A stretch of 62,584 bases of DNA, counting the filler, from Platydemus manokwari (lineage: Eukaryota): the NCBI GenBank assembly GCA_037951405.1. It is 6 parts of 6 records of this genome, joined end to end, with 100 filler letters (N's around TTAATTAATTAA, not from the genome) between each part and the next. Parts side by side here need not be neighbours in the genome. Positions count along the whole stretch, not along the records: positions 34,542 to 43,381 come from JBBMOY011341204.1; positions 43,482 to 52,191 come from JBBMOY011362204.1; 4 more parts are not named here. One strand, 5' to 3'. A model generated the notes under the pieces. The model did no database searches and was not told the origin of the DNA. It saw nothing but the letters and a program-made list of their open reading frames with translations. The position numbers and the translations under genes were made by a program. Positions 38,501 to 52,291 of this stretch are shown one piece after another (position 1 is the first letter of the stretch; each line of letters begins with the position of its first letter).

Positions 38501-38876
38501 TTTAAAAACGCTAAAATGAATATTTAAACAAAATTAATAATTTTCAGATAACATAAAATAATTATTAAAATTGTCATCGAAATTTAAATAAGTTTTCAAT
38601 TATGATTGCATACTTTGAAAAAAATGTATCATTAAACTCTGTAAACTAAATATATATAATCAGAAAATATTCAAATTACATTAGTTAATTTTATAAATTA
38701 TTTGGAAAAATATTCATACCTTTATTTATTAAGGTAAAATGATATCTAAAGATAAATTAAGATTTTCTGCATAGACATGTAAATGGTATCTAATGATCAT
38801 TTGGACAACAAATGAAAATCATTTTCCTTATCATTGTGAAAAATCTGTAACTTTAGTCAATTGTTATTAGTAAACA

Positions 38877-39365
38877 ATGAATCAAGATAGTTCAGTAAAT
38901 CCCGTAAGAGATGGCTTACTTATGGGATTTGGGATTTTAGGAGGATTGCTAGTGATACTGACACTTTTGATTTGCTGTTGCTGCAGTACTAACACGGGAA
39001 AAATAATAAAAAAATCAAAAGATGATGAGAACCCAATTTTTGAAATGTTCCAACCAAGATTTATTAAAACTTCAACACTTGATACAGCAAAAGTTTATAT
39101 CGATACAGTATCACAATCTGTCGACAAATGCGGAAGTCCAGTAAAGATCAAGACAATGTTCAATGTTCAAAAAGACGAAAAAGAAAATGTTCAATGTGTG
39201 GCTGAACCAACAAAGTCAACTACTAAGAAAAACAAATTTGATTTACACTCGCAATCAAGTACAGATAAAGTCTATCCCGAATGTTTCAACGAACGGAAAA
39301 TAATGAAACAATTTCGCCCCGAAGGATATGCACCGAAACAAAAAATTGTTAAACTATCTAACTAA
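38877..39365 (+). CDS. Hypothetical single-pass membrane protein, 162 aa
   Basis: Intronless ORF with one hydrophobic segment (GLLMGFGILGGLLVILTLLI), then CCCCS and a charged tail. Divergent from DDX47, 376 bp between the ATGs. Confidence 0.7.
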   Translation: MNQDSSVNPVRDGLLMGFGILGGLLVILTLLICCCCSTNTGKIIKKSKDDENPIFEMFQPRFIKTSTLDTAKVYIDTVSQSVDKCGSPVKIKTMFNVQKDEKENVQCVAEPTKSTTKKNKFDLHSQSSTDKVYPECFNERKIMKQFRPEGYAPKQKIVKLSN

Positions 39366-41287
39366 AAGTTAATTTTGAAATATTTTATTGGATTTATTTA
39401 AAATGACTTAATTAAAAGGACAGTAAAGATTATTTGTAATGACATTTTAATTTTAGTTCAAAGTAAATGCACTTGTCAGATTGTTTTTAAATTAATTATC
39501 TATATTGTTAAGATTTACTTAAATTATTTCGTCCATACTCTTTTATCAAATTTTACAATCGATTTAAGAGTTTTGCTCACTAAAAACCCAATCTCTTAAA
39601 AGTAGACGATTTTTAAAAGAATCAGATTTAATGAAATTCTTGCTTTAAATAGTATCGGAAAACAAAGCTATCGCTAATGATTCAACTGATGATTCCAATC
39701 GATGTGTTTAATGTCACTAGAACGAATATTCGACAAAATTAATATTTTAACCACTCGTCACTTTAATATCGTCAGTATAGATGTCGATTCACCAACTGAA
39801 AATTCTATTGGCTAAAATTCATCAACTTAAAGATGAATATCATTTTGTGTTCTCTGACTCAATGGATCACAAAATAATAACTATAAATGTATTTTTCCCA
39901 AATACGCATATCTTATATCAACTAATAATTGCTCCATTGTATAAAAATTAATTAATTTTTAAATTTTTAGAAGTTTTTTATTTCAAAATTAAGCTCATTA
40001 TTCTTTTTTTTTAAATAATTTTTGATCAGCCAGATTGTTATTCCACCTTAATGAATTAAGACATATTATAGTGGAATATTAAAAAATTATCTTTCAATCT
40101 ATATTACACAATTGTGCATCTGGTAATGTCTTATTTTTGTAATTTTATTCTGGACCACTAAATTTAGTTAACTTAACTACACTTGAAGAAACATTGATTT
40201 AGAGAATCCAGAATATAATATGAAAAATATAATATTATCATTGTTACAGTTTGTTTAATGTTTTACCATGATATACCATGATCGGAAATATTATAATTTT
40301 TCCATCATGAGGTAATGCTTTCAAGAATTAGTTATCTAAATATAGAAACCAGATAAAAAGTTTGAATTTAAAAGCATAAGGTTAAATTTTGGTTTTTAAA
40401 ATCCAGATGTTTAAAAGGTCTTTCGGTAATTACAGTTTGTGAAACTACTTAAATATGTGTAATACTCGACATAAAATGGATATTTATTAGAATAAATAAC
40501 CTAGTTATAGAAACTGTGATGACGTCATACAATAAAATTTTGTTTTCCACACCTTCAAGACTGAATATAATGCTAACAACAAATACCAGATTTATTACTT
40601 ATGGAAATGATAAAATGCTTATTTTATTATTATAGTCAAACATTATTATAAATTTTTATAATAAAACTCCAGTATAAAGTTGAATGAAACAACAATAGAT
40701 TTTTACCACAGCTCTTTTTCCTGTTATACCAAGGCAACATGAAACTTCTGGTATGCATTTCTTTAGTTATTGAATGTCAAATGAAGCTTTTAAAAATAAA
40801 TTTATAAATGCAAAATGTGAAAATAATCTCGTTATGAATATATGGAGAATCAGTTTCATCGAGAGAAGAAAACAATAACAATTTAAAAGAAAAAAACAGA
40901 GTTACAATAATGGTTGTTTGCATTTCTCTCCAAAATCCCACCACCAAAGCCAACTCAAACTTTAGATGAACAACTGAAAACCATTAACAATTGATATATA
41001 CATATCTCTTTTATATCCATAAGATTTTTATCCTAGTTTGAAAATCAAGAAAAATTACTTTACTGTTTACCAATATTAAGGCTCAATGGTTATTACTGTT
41101 TTTTTAAAAGAAGTTTCTACTCGAGATTATTTTATTTAAAATTAGAGTTTTCTATATGAATTCTTGATTTTTCGATTTGAATTTTCTTACGTCGTGTATT
41201 TTATCATAACTATTGCAATATCACGAAATTACCACGGCCAATATATTGATTCTTATCGATATTAATATTCTTTTTGATATCCTAGAC

Positions 41288-41950
41288 CAGTGATTTTCAA
41301 CCTTCTAGCTGAAGAGAAACCCCACGGAAAAATTTCTCTGGCTTGCGGGACCCTTATGCAATAATTTAATTGTTTTATGCAGTATTTATTTTTAAAAATG
41401 AAATAAAAGTATTTATGTTCAGAGTGTTGTACATATTTATTGACGAGATGAAAACAAAATTGTACATGTTTGAAAAGACTAAATTTATTCTTATCAAAAA
41501 CTCAGTGGGAAATTTGAGACTGGTGTTTCTTGAAAAACTCTTTAAGATGTTTTTGACAGACACACACGAAGTTAATCTTCCACAGACAGCAATTGTGCTT
41601 GTTTCTTGTGTTTGATAGTGGCAGAGCTGAAAATCAAAATTCACACAAATATGAGGTCGAAAATTGCACAAGAAGTCGTAGCGCTTTCTGGGTAATTGCA
41701 GGATATTCCTTTTCAACCAGCAACCTAAATGCTTTCAAGTTAAGCTCAAAATGCTTCAACTTTAATGTCCTGCCATTTAGAACACTAGCAAGTTCTTCTT
41801 CTTCCGTTAATGTGAACTGTTCTTTAAATGGCTCAAATTTTACAAATGGACTTCTAATCCAGTCATACTGGTCGACAGTAATCGATGGAATATACTTGTC
41901 AAGATTTGTAAACAAAGTATCAAAATAATAACTTTATGGAATAAACATTT
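41288..41950 (-). mobile_element. hAT (Buster/Charlie) transposon 3' fragment with TIR
   Basis: TIR CAGTGATTTTCAACCT at 41288, preceded by tccTAgac (Buster NNNTANNN target). Transposase C-terminus DWIRSPF...EYPAITQKALRLLVQFSTSYLCE, continuing after a frameshift as FSAL..IKHKK..LSVED*LRVCLS. Confidence 0.85.
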
Positions 41951-43381
41951 TAAGAATTCGTTAAGATTTCAAAAACTTAACTTGTCAGAATAATCCCGGA
42001 GACCTTTTCAAAGATATCACATTTCCCCATCCTTCACCGACGAGAGAAGTACTCGGGAAAAGTCATTGGTCGATGAAGGTCACCCCGTGGATTACTGGTT
42101 TGGTAAGCTCATTCTCATGGTATTGGATTGGCTTATGGTAACCAGCAAAAACAGTGATTTAATAAATTAATCATAACTATGAAAATATTTTTATGGGATA
42201 AAACTCTAACCAATTATCAAAATAATCAAAAATAATTTTAATATTAATACAAGTATAAATAAATGTATAATAAAATATGAAAATATTTAAAATATAATTC
42301 TAAATTAATTATTGGAAATAAAATTTACATTTATTCATTATCGAGTTTATTAATAGAATAAAATGTGCTTAAAATTTAAATGTAGCAATGTCATTAATAA
42401 ACATTGGAATTCATCGAATTTATTTGTAATGTTTTTCGTACCTGGCACTTTAATTTCCTTTAATAAATAGATACAGTTGTCATGTGCTGTATTTTACAAG
42501 TAATTTAAACCAGACAGAGTCCTCATCAAATCGACTAGCGACCACTAGAGCTTCTAAATAATGTCCTTGATAAATTTCCCAAAAACAATCAGAAACAAAC
42601 GAAGATAATGTATCGATTATTGTAAATTATCGATAATAAATGATACAAAGTTTTAAAAACAAACCATGAGAACGGAGAACATTTCAAAATAGATAGACAA
42701 ATCTAATATTAAAATGGCATTGCGTGAATGGTAAATTGTGTCATGTCTCATAACATCTGGTGAATAAAATTTCAATGATAAAAATGACAGAAATACAAAT
42801 CGATAATTAAATATTCATGAACACTGAAATTGATCGATTATTTTTTGCATTTTATTTTTTAGATTTACTAATGAGAAAGACCTCTTATACGACTACAATA
42901 TCAGAACCAATTGGATGAAATCAAATAAAATAAGAATGTGTTTAAGAATTGTAGTGGTGACGAGGATTTGATGATTGAACGTCTCATGAGTATCATTTAA
43001 AATCTCGAATATCATCAACATCGGCATCATCAAATTTTACTCACATTGAGTAGGGCTTATCGCTTGGTTGTGGTGAATTTGATTGCCATTTATCATTACG
43101 AAATAGTGTGAATTTGGCCAGGGAGAATATTGTTAAAACCAAGGTCGCAATCAACATTGACTTGCATTGCAGACTCAATAAATACGCACACTGACATACA
43201 TAAGTCATTTTTATATTTGTACTTTCAGGTAAAGGTTTATAAATTTAAAATATAATTTTTTAATGAGACACAACAATATTTCGTATCATGTATTGTTTGA
43301 TAGATTTATCTTATCTGGATTGGAATCCTGTAAACTTAGTTATAAAATACAATTGATTTCGACCTCAATGATTATACTTTG

Positions 43382-43481
43382 NNNNNNNNNNNNNNNNNNN
43401 NNNNNNNNNNNNNNNNNNNNNNNNNTTAATTAATTAANNNNNNNNNNNNNNNNNNNNNNNNNNNNNNNNNNNNNNNNNNNN
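43382..43481. other. Artificial spacer
   Basis: N44-TTAATTAATTAA-N44. Confidence 0.95.
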
Positions 43482-43657
43482 TCGAAAACCATGGTTGAAA
43501 GATTATATTCTTTTCAAACACAAATCTAAGAACGATACCAATAAGTGATTTTGAAAAGATATCTGGAAACTAATTAATTTAATTTACAAACATCAAAAAC
43601 GTTTTCGTAATATTTTGAATAAGAAATTTTGTATCAATGTATATGTATCGAAATATC

Positions 43658-44576
43658 GGCTAAAGTTAAAAAAGGGTCCTAAAATAAAATTTTTAAGTTG
43701 TGGAATGTATTGCAAAAATCTATATAGATTATTTAATTAAATTCATTAATAATTTTTTGAATTTTTTATTTTAGTATTTTAAAATTTCCTAAAAATTAAT
43801 TATTTGAAAAACGGGTTAAAGTAGGTCAAAATGCAATTAATTGAATAATAGCGAGGACCCCTTCTTTTAACATTAGAAGCAATTGGAATGATATTTAAGA
43901 TTTTTAGAGTTATTTTATAAAAAAGTGACTTCTAAATTATTGAGAAGTACCACGAAAAAAGTACTTGTGTTTTCTCTCAAAATAAGTATATTAATATCTG
44001 TTTAATAGATTGGATACATAGATCCCAAATCTGTCGATGTTGTAATGAAATGAAGATTTGATCCAAATCAAAAAAATCGTACAGGTGAAATAAGGACTTG
44101 AATCAACAATTCAGCCTTGTCTCTTTTTGACACTCTTAATAAAGTACTTTTGATGCACGGGGCTCACACAAAAATTATATTTACAAAATGATATCCATTA
44201 ATAAACTAATAAGAAACAAATATTGACAATTTTTATTAAAATAAAACCAACAATTCAAAAATTATTAATTGAGATACAACAACAAATTTGTAGATTCCTC
44301 GCCATTGAAGAAATATCTTGCCACAGAAATATATTTCCAGCCCTAAGTATAGTCATAGAAATTGTCGAGGAATGTTTTGAAAGTACCAAAATAGTAAAGG
44401 GCATCGAAAACGTGGTTTTTGATTGTCAGATTTCAATTTGGGTTATAAATCTAAAATTGAATTTTATGTAAAAATTTCATTAAAATATTATTACAAATAA
44501 ATTTTATTATAAAAAAACTCACGAAAAGTCATTACTTTAAAATGGGGTCAAAGGACCCTTTTTCTTAACTTTAGCC
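43658..44576. mobile_element. Non-autonomous TIR DNA transposon, possibly Merlin-like
   Basis: Left end ggctaaagttaaaaaagggtcct and right end aggaccctttttcttaactttagcc are near-perfect inverted repeats with GG termini. No TSD visible. Confidence 0.7.
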
Positions 44577-44821
44577 AAAAACTTTTGTATTTTGTCAAAT
44601 TTAAATTTAATATTTAAATTTATATATTTATATTTGTGTATTTATATATTATTATATATAGCTTTCTCCCATGAACTTATATCTGACCTAACCATATTAT
44701 TTTCTAAAACGTTATCAAATTTATCACTCTAAATTATAAAACACATTCATTACACATTTTTGAAATATACACGTGATGAATAATATGATCAAAATTTACT
44801 TTACAATCCAACCAATGTAAC

Positions 44822-45019
44822 TCATAAATATTGCTGTCCACATAACCAATCTTTTATTTTCAATTCAGTTTTGTTATAAATTAATGTCTCGTAAGGAATC
44901 CCGTAAGAATCAAAATAAATGTTATTAAATATAACCAATGAAACCCAATATGAACCTTTATCATTAGTAGTAAGGTAGATTCTTGTGGAAATTATGACCA
45001 ATTTTGACGCCTTGCACAC
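44822..45019 (-). pseudogene. Relic of a Polinton/Maverick adenain-like cysteine protease
   Basis: KGSYWVSLVIFNNIYFDSYGIP...IYNKTE...WLCGQQYL fits GTHWVA...YFDSxG...YN...CGxYC. The catalytic His is replaced by Tyr. Confidence 0.65.
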
Positions 45020-48000
45020 AGCTAAATAGACACAATAATTGATAGAACATAATCAATATATGTCGATGATTTCAATTTGTTTAATACATGACCACATAAG
45101 GATATTTACATGAATACCCGGTCATAATAAATAAATGGCCTCAATTAAAATCAGAAAAGCAGAAATCTATAAAAAGTCGACCATAAAAAAACATGCAAAC
45201 CTCTGAATGTTGTATATATGACCTAATAGCAATTGAAGTCGGTTCAAAACATTGAAAAAATTTATCGCATTTGTTATTTTTGGTTAACAGTAATATTGCT
45301 TCAAATAAATCATTATAATTAAACATGTTGAGGTGAGATAATTGATTTTTGTTTACACCGGTCCTAGGGAGCTTTCTTGACAAGGATGAAGACAATATTA
45401 TCGAACAAGATAACTCAACTATCCAAAGGTGGTTGGTTAAATTTAAATTGACTTTTCTAACAAAGTTTTAATTCCCGTTGAAATAAGATTAGGTGTGTGA
45501 ACACTATTATGGGACAATATATTATTTGTGGTCAAAATTTTATAATATAACTATTATTATAGTCATTACAAAAATATCTCATAGTTAATTAATAAATATT
45601 TATTTGAGAAAACGAAATTAAATTAGCATTAAAGCACACAAATATTCCTGGCACACGTACAGGAGATAGTGACAAAATATCCACGCTACGAATATTGGAA
45701 AAGTAGATACCAAATTGGAACAACGTTCACTAATAAATGTTAATAATGATTAGTTAGTTAGTTAAATAAATCAATTAATAGTGCAATGGGAAATATTAAA
45801 AATTTAAGAAAGGTTATTCAAGATTATAACAAATAAAGATTTCTCCTTCAAGTAGTTGAATCAAGAGGATTTCAAATAGATTAATGAAATAAATAATAAT
45901 TTCGTCTTTAAATGGTCACATATAATTCAATACATTGTCTCACGGTAACTAACATCAGAAAAATGAAAGTGAATGGTGTAAACTGTGTCTATTTAGAATC
46001 ACCTTTCTTTACGTCATATATGTTAATCGGAATAAATATTTTATCAACTAACCATTTATATATATTTACGGTTCCAGTAAATAATCGATTCAACCATATT
46101 TGTATTCATAGTATAATATGATAAATATAATAATTCAATATTATAAGGAAACACTTAAAATAAATATTATGATTCCGAGTACGAAATACTTTGTTATTTT
46201 CTCTCTAAAATGTTCGACCCAATGGAATATGAGAAAATTCTTATCACATTTCTACATCGTTTTATTGCTCACATATTTACAGTGACAGCAACATTACTTA
46301 TCACACTTCTTTGAAAATCTTATCTACACAAAAATTCATTTGTTCCAATGAGGTGTTCTGTTTTCGATTTGTGAATTCGTTCCGATATATATTTACGTAA
46401 ATTCTATTTTTATTTGCATTTCAGTAAAACCATGAATAATTTTTTATATAGATACATGTATTTAAATAGATATACTTCTGCATTATATCGATGAATATTG
46501 GTCAAGTTGTTACCAATTATATGTGACAGTATTCGGACATTTGTTTACATTATATTCAATCCATTAAAACAATCCATCAGATGAACACAAATATACAATG
46601 CATTTTTAATAAACATTCCAGATTTCCATCACAAACATCATAAGTGTGTAATAACAATGCGAATGTACAGAGTGTCGAATGTTATTCTTTTACTGTGTTG
46701 ATCAATTGAAACAAAAAATTCTGTTCTTTCGTTGAGAAGGCAAATTAGCTTGTCGTTAGCAATTGTTAAGATAATATATTCATTTGTGGTATAGCTTAAA
46801 TGATTGAAATGAGATTACGAGACCATTATTTAAATACCTCGTTATGGTATGTATTTGGCTGCATTTATGTAGAAAAATCTGGGGTATTCAAATATCAAAA
46901 TGATCTCCCAAATAATATTATTTTTAAATAACTGTTTTCAATTTGAAAAAGTTGGCTGATTAAATATGTTTTATAATAATTTTCATCGATAAAGCCAATG
47001 TTCTCATTACACTAGTGGCTAATATTGAGAGAATTTTAATAATTTAACAAAGCACAATGTGTTCTATTGGGTAGGTCATAAAAACAAGCCCAATATATAC
47101 GGAAACCATAGAAATAATACTCAAAGGGTCGATACACACATATTTGACAAGCGCACGTGTCAACAGTCAATTAGATGCTTCCAATATATCATCCGTATTT
47201 AGAACATGATCCATACCAACAACAGGCAATAAATATCGAGATACGCCAATAACACAGATCGACTTGTAAAGGGCTTTATCGAATGAATAGCTCAGCCTTA
47301 GGGCATCAGGTGGTCACCGACGGTAAGCCTATAAAAGGAGTTGGATTTCGTGACCATCTGTAAGTTTTATGGTGGGTAACTCTTATTCTGTGTGACTTTT
47401 ACTTGATTTTCTGACAACTATTCTTTGGGTTGTTTTATGTATCACCGTTTAACTTTTGAGTGCAGATCCCACCTTAAATTGATTATTCATTGATAATTTA
47501 GTTTGATTCTGACTGTGTTTACTGACGATTTCGGTTTTTTAACCCATCGTGATTTTCGATAATATTTTAGCTTCAATTAATATCAGCCACATTTCATTGC
47601 ATATTCTATTCTTGTTTTTCAATTTTTCTCTGTTAACGAAACTGAGAAAATATTATTTGAAACAAACATTATATAATGTGCTTGTGATTTTCATTCGATA
47701 AATCTGAGATTGCCGATATCCATATCATTGCAAATATTATTTTATTATTTCTAAAAATAGTAATTTCTTCCGATAGTATTATCTAATTTACTTTTCTTAG
47801 CATTATTTATTTACGGAAGGGTTCATTTCACTATTAGAATTTTCAATTTCGAAATTCATTAAAGGTTCAACAATGATTTCGGCCTTCAAGTTACCATGTA
47901 TGTCATTACAATTTGTGTATCAAACAAATCAGTGGCAGATGGACTAAAACAATGTCAAATATTGTTCAACAAATGATCTAAATTACAAATATTTCTAAAT

Positions 48001-51000
48001 AATCTAACTGGCAATTCTTTAAATGACAAGTTTAATAATAATTTTTAAAAATTAAAAATTAAAATATTGGTAATTTTTTTTATTTAAAATTAACTGAATA
48101 TGGTCAATCAAAATATTCATTTGTTCTCTTCTATAGAAAGCTGAAACTAAGTTTATGATACCATAATAATTGTGAGATAGAAAAACGTCAATGTTAAAAT
48201 AGCAAAATTAATGTTTTGATAAGTTTATGCTTTATCGAATGTAAAGATAATTAATCTCTTTAGATCTTAAATAAGTAAATTTAATGTAAAAAATTTGTGC
48301 TTGAAATCTAAAAATACTAGGTTAGTAAAAGAGATAATCTATTATTATAATAAGATTTAGATAAGATTGTTCAATAAATGTATAATATCCAATAACAATC
48401 AGAATCGATCGACAATCAAACTTTTCAAAATTCTATAATGAGTAAACGTGACAAGACTTCTCTCATCGGTGGGAATACGAGTTAAAAATTGATAAAGAAG
48501 AGTGGTCACCACCAGTTAAGTAGATGTTATATCTGAGCCAATCTTCGGAAATTCTGTTATTATTCTGCAGTGATTGTTTTAACAAGTTCAGTTTTTGGAA
48601 TCTTAACTTGTGAAAGATATAATATAAACCAATGTTTATTATTATTATTATTATATTTATTATTATTTTTATAAATTATTATTATTATCAAGAAAGTAAA
48701 TTTAAAACAAGATAAGTTAAAAATTTTCGCAATAATATTTCTCGGATAAAATTTTAAACTTAAAATTAATTTTTGTACACCGGTGATAATTATAAGATAA
48801 ACCTTGTTCGAATCGATTGAAAACGTAGAAGAAAATTATTGACAAGATGTGTACATTTCTTAAATATGGCTGTCAAACATTTAAGGAACTTCCAAGAGAA
48901 TTTTTAATGCTAAAAAAATAGCACAATCTATTCTTCCGGTGAATATCTTTGGGCAAAAGTTTCGTTTATGCGATAAATATTTTTCAAAATTTTAAATCGA
49001 AGCTAATTTTGATTGATTTGGGTTTACAATTCCCGATAACTTTTTCATAAAAGTCAATAAACCATATTTTTATTTTACTATCAGTTAACAATCCTGTAGC
49101 ATTTTTCGTCTTACAACTTTATCCATGACAGATAGCTTATAAGAGAATTTTCCATGAAATTCGGAATGACATTATTTATATTACCTTGTCTTAGCAACTA
49201 TCTAATTCGACATAATGACGTAATATGTACATGTCCTTATTTATTCCTCTTCGTTGTGCATTTCAATTTCAATTGATTCATTTTCGTATATTAAATTCTC
49301 TTTTATTGATTCAATAATTCAAGGTCTGGCAAAAATTATAAATTGGTCAATAAAATAAGATGGTCGATAAAATAGTTTTCAGTAATTACAATTTTAAAAC
49401 TTATTTTGGAATATCGATTCATCACAATCTGAAATATTTTTCATTGATTAAGTTCTATGTCCAGGACTATTTATTTTGAGTATTCATTGTAAATCAATTC
49501 ACCTCAAAAATTGAGAAAAAATATATTTCTGGTCTAAAGTCCGGCGAAAAATTAATAATGTGTCGATGTTTGAAAACTGATATAGACAATTCTTAATAAA
49601 AAATTCGGTTTTTGTCAAATATTCTGATCCAATGTCAAGTATTGAAATGTCAAGTTACTAAACCTCCAAATGAACAAGTCATACACCACTTAATTGTTCA
49701 CAATTTATCAATAAGTATTTATCATTATAGCACGCGCACTCATGAAACATTTTTAACGATTAATTTAAGCTATAAATGTAAAATTAAAAAACATCCTCAA
49801 AAATAACCTTCCGAAGATTTTTTATGTTCAAAATAGATCATTCATAACATTTTATTCAATCTGTGATCCGATAATATATATAAAGGAAATCATAAAACAT
49901 ATGGCAGCTATTTAAATTTTTACTTTAAATCATCAATATTCAGGCTGATATAAAAATAAACCAAAATATTTGTAAATCACAAGAGTAAATTCAGCATAAA
50001 TTTACTAATTTATAAATCATTCTCTTCCATCTGGTGATTGAGAGGATTAAATGCTGAACTGGATCATCTAGCGTTAATAATTAATTAACAAATCAACAAA
50101 TATATGTGGAAACTGTGGGACTGTTCAATATTTATTACTGACAATGCGATGAAACGTTTTTGGAGAATATTATTAACCAATCGATGATTAGCATTCCGAT
50201 GACTCCGGTCACCTTGTCACAAGATCGTTTTCCTACGCCAAATGAAGAAGTAATTTCATGCTTTTTTCTGAAAATAATTATAATTATAATAAATATTCAG
50301 CATCAAACCTTCGATGATCAAATATTGATTTTATCGACTAATTAGTTTCATGTCTTCTTATTCGAAAGTTTATGATAATTTAAATTCTAGAATTTTAAAA
50401 AATTGATACTGGTCGCCATATTTTTTGTATTGCATGGAATAAAGCTTAAATATTGAACAAGAAAACATTCAATAACCAATAATTTATTTTATGTGATAAA
50501 CTTTGTAATTGTATTTACTCAAAGTTTCGTGCTGGTCAGCACTTATTCGTAAATCAATAAAATAGACACAAACAATGTTCTTTTATTGCCTTCAACTGAC
50601 AATAGGAAACCTTTCCATAGTTATTTATGCTCAGAATTTATATGTAATTTTGTAATTTAAACTTAATTCTTGAATACCAGTTGTATCTATTGATTTTTCA
50701 TGACTTGGATTAATCAATCCCTGTGTATGTGTTGTTGTGTAATCATGTCATTTGTCGAATTTAAATGATTAATTTACATCGCCTTGGACTGGTTGGTTAT
50801 TATACCACTACCACTGTTTAGAGCTGCATATGTGCGAAGAATAGTAATTTGGTGTGACATTCATCTTCACTCGATAAATTAATTTTAGTATAATAAATAA
50901 TGTTTTGTTGATAATTTTTTTCATTTTCGATTTGGAACTGCACATGTGTGTTAGCTCTAAACTCAATAATTATTTTCTCTAACATTATGCAAAAAATTCA

Positions 51001-51213
51001 ATTAAATTTACGAAATCATTTCCGAAAAATTCAACAAATGTCCTTATCGCATTTGAATTATTTTATTTGCCAATGTCAAATTAGTATTCGAGATCATTAA
51101 TTCCCGTCTTTTTACGATTTCATTAAATTTAATTGTTTTGAAATTAGTTTCTGTCAAAATGATCACTGGCCACTAGATGCCACTCTAGGTTGCATTTCAC
51201 GCCAATATATATA

Positions 51214-51430
51214 CAGGGCGTTCAAAAAGTTTCTCCAGATTTTTTAAGATAAACGAAAGTTCTCAATGAATTTTATTGAATGATGAATGAGAATTACGAG
51301 CACAATAATAACTATGAATGAACCAAAGATGTAACAATGATCAATACGAAAGAAACAAGTTTTTATTCATCATACGATAAAATTCATTCGTTTATCTTAT
51401 AAAATCGGGCGAAACTTTTTGGACACCCTG
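51214..51430. mobile_element. Tc1/mariner-type MITE, 217 bp
   Basis: About 45-bp TIRs: cagggcgttcaaaaagtttctccagattttttaagataaacgaa and ttcgtttatcttataaaatcgggcgaaactttttggacaccctg. Inserted in a (TA)n run. Confidence 0.9.
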
Positions 51431-51698
51431 CATATATATATATATATATAATTCCTGCTATGTCAATCACGAAAAATTCTTTTCATAGATTACAGATCAA
51501 AAAATTATGTCCAACACGTAGCTGCAAATGAAAAAACAACCATCATTCAAAAGTTCTATATTTAATTATCGAAAAATATTTCTGTCATTTTTCAAGAGAC
51601 CCAATCGAAAAGACAGATTGCAAAACATTGACAATCCGAATATATTTGAAACAATTTACAAGAAAACAAATCAAATCGATTGCATGATTGCAGAAGAA

Positions 51699-51901
51699 TT
51701 ACAAAAACGGATTCAGAGGCTGTTGATGACTAGTGGTGGACAAATTGTTTCCTGATGGCCACACATCATTTCCCAATGTGACATCGTTGTTTGTTTCATG
51801 ATGACCGAGTTGATTGAGTGGTCGTCGTTCTGTTTGATATTGCGTGAATGGGTTACCATAAAGAGATGACTTTTTTCCAACAGCGAAAGGATTGGTAGAA
51901 T
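51699..51901 (-). CDS. Terminal exon of an epsin-family endocytic adaptor
   Basis: Acceptor ttttaag at 51902. Reads STNPFAVGKKSSLYGNPFTQYQTERRPLNQLGHH...HQQPLNPFL*, with three NPF motifs, the xLNQL motif and a terminal NPFL typical of epsin. Confidence 0.8.
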
Positions 51902-52191
51902 CTTAAAATCGATTTTATCAACAACTGGAACTGGATCATTAACAAATAATACAGCTTTTATGTTTAAATTATCTCTAATTAAATTAATTCATTTTAATTA
52001 TTTATTTTTGATTGTTTTTATTTAAATTAAAAATATCGATTTAATTAATTTGAATTTGAAAAATAAATCATTTAAAATGGTTTTTGCTAATTTATATTTT
52101 AATGCTAAGCATGATTTAACCCTTTCAATACGACTTTTGGCCAGTGAAAAATATTTTTGTATAACTGAACTATATGTGCTGCAAATAAATA

Positions 52192-52291
52192 NNNNNNNNN
52201 NNNNNNNNNNNNNNNNNNNNNNNNNNNNNNNNNNNTTAATTAATTAANNNNNNNNNNNNNNNNNNNNNNNNNNNNNNNNNNNNNNNNNNNN
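52192..52291. other. Artificial spacer
   Basis: N44-TTAATTAATTAA-N44. Confidence 0.95.

Noticed and set aside
46150-47050. Cys-rich pseudogene on the minus strand
   Set aside because: Only scattered Cys peptides between stops, too weak to call.
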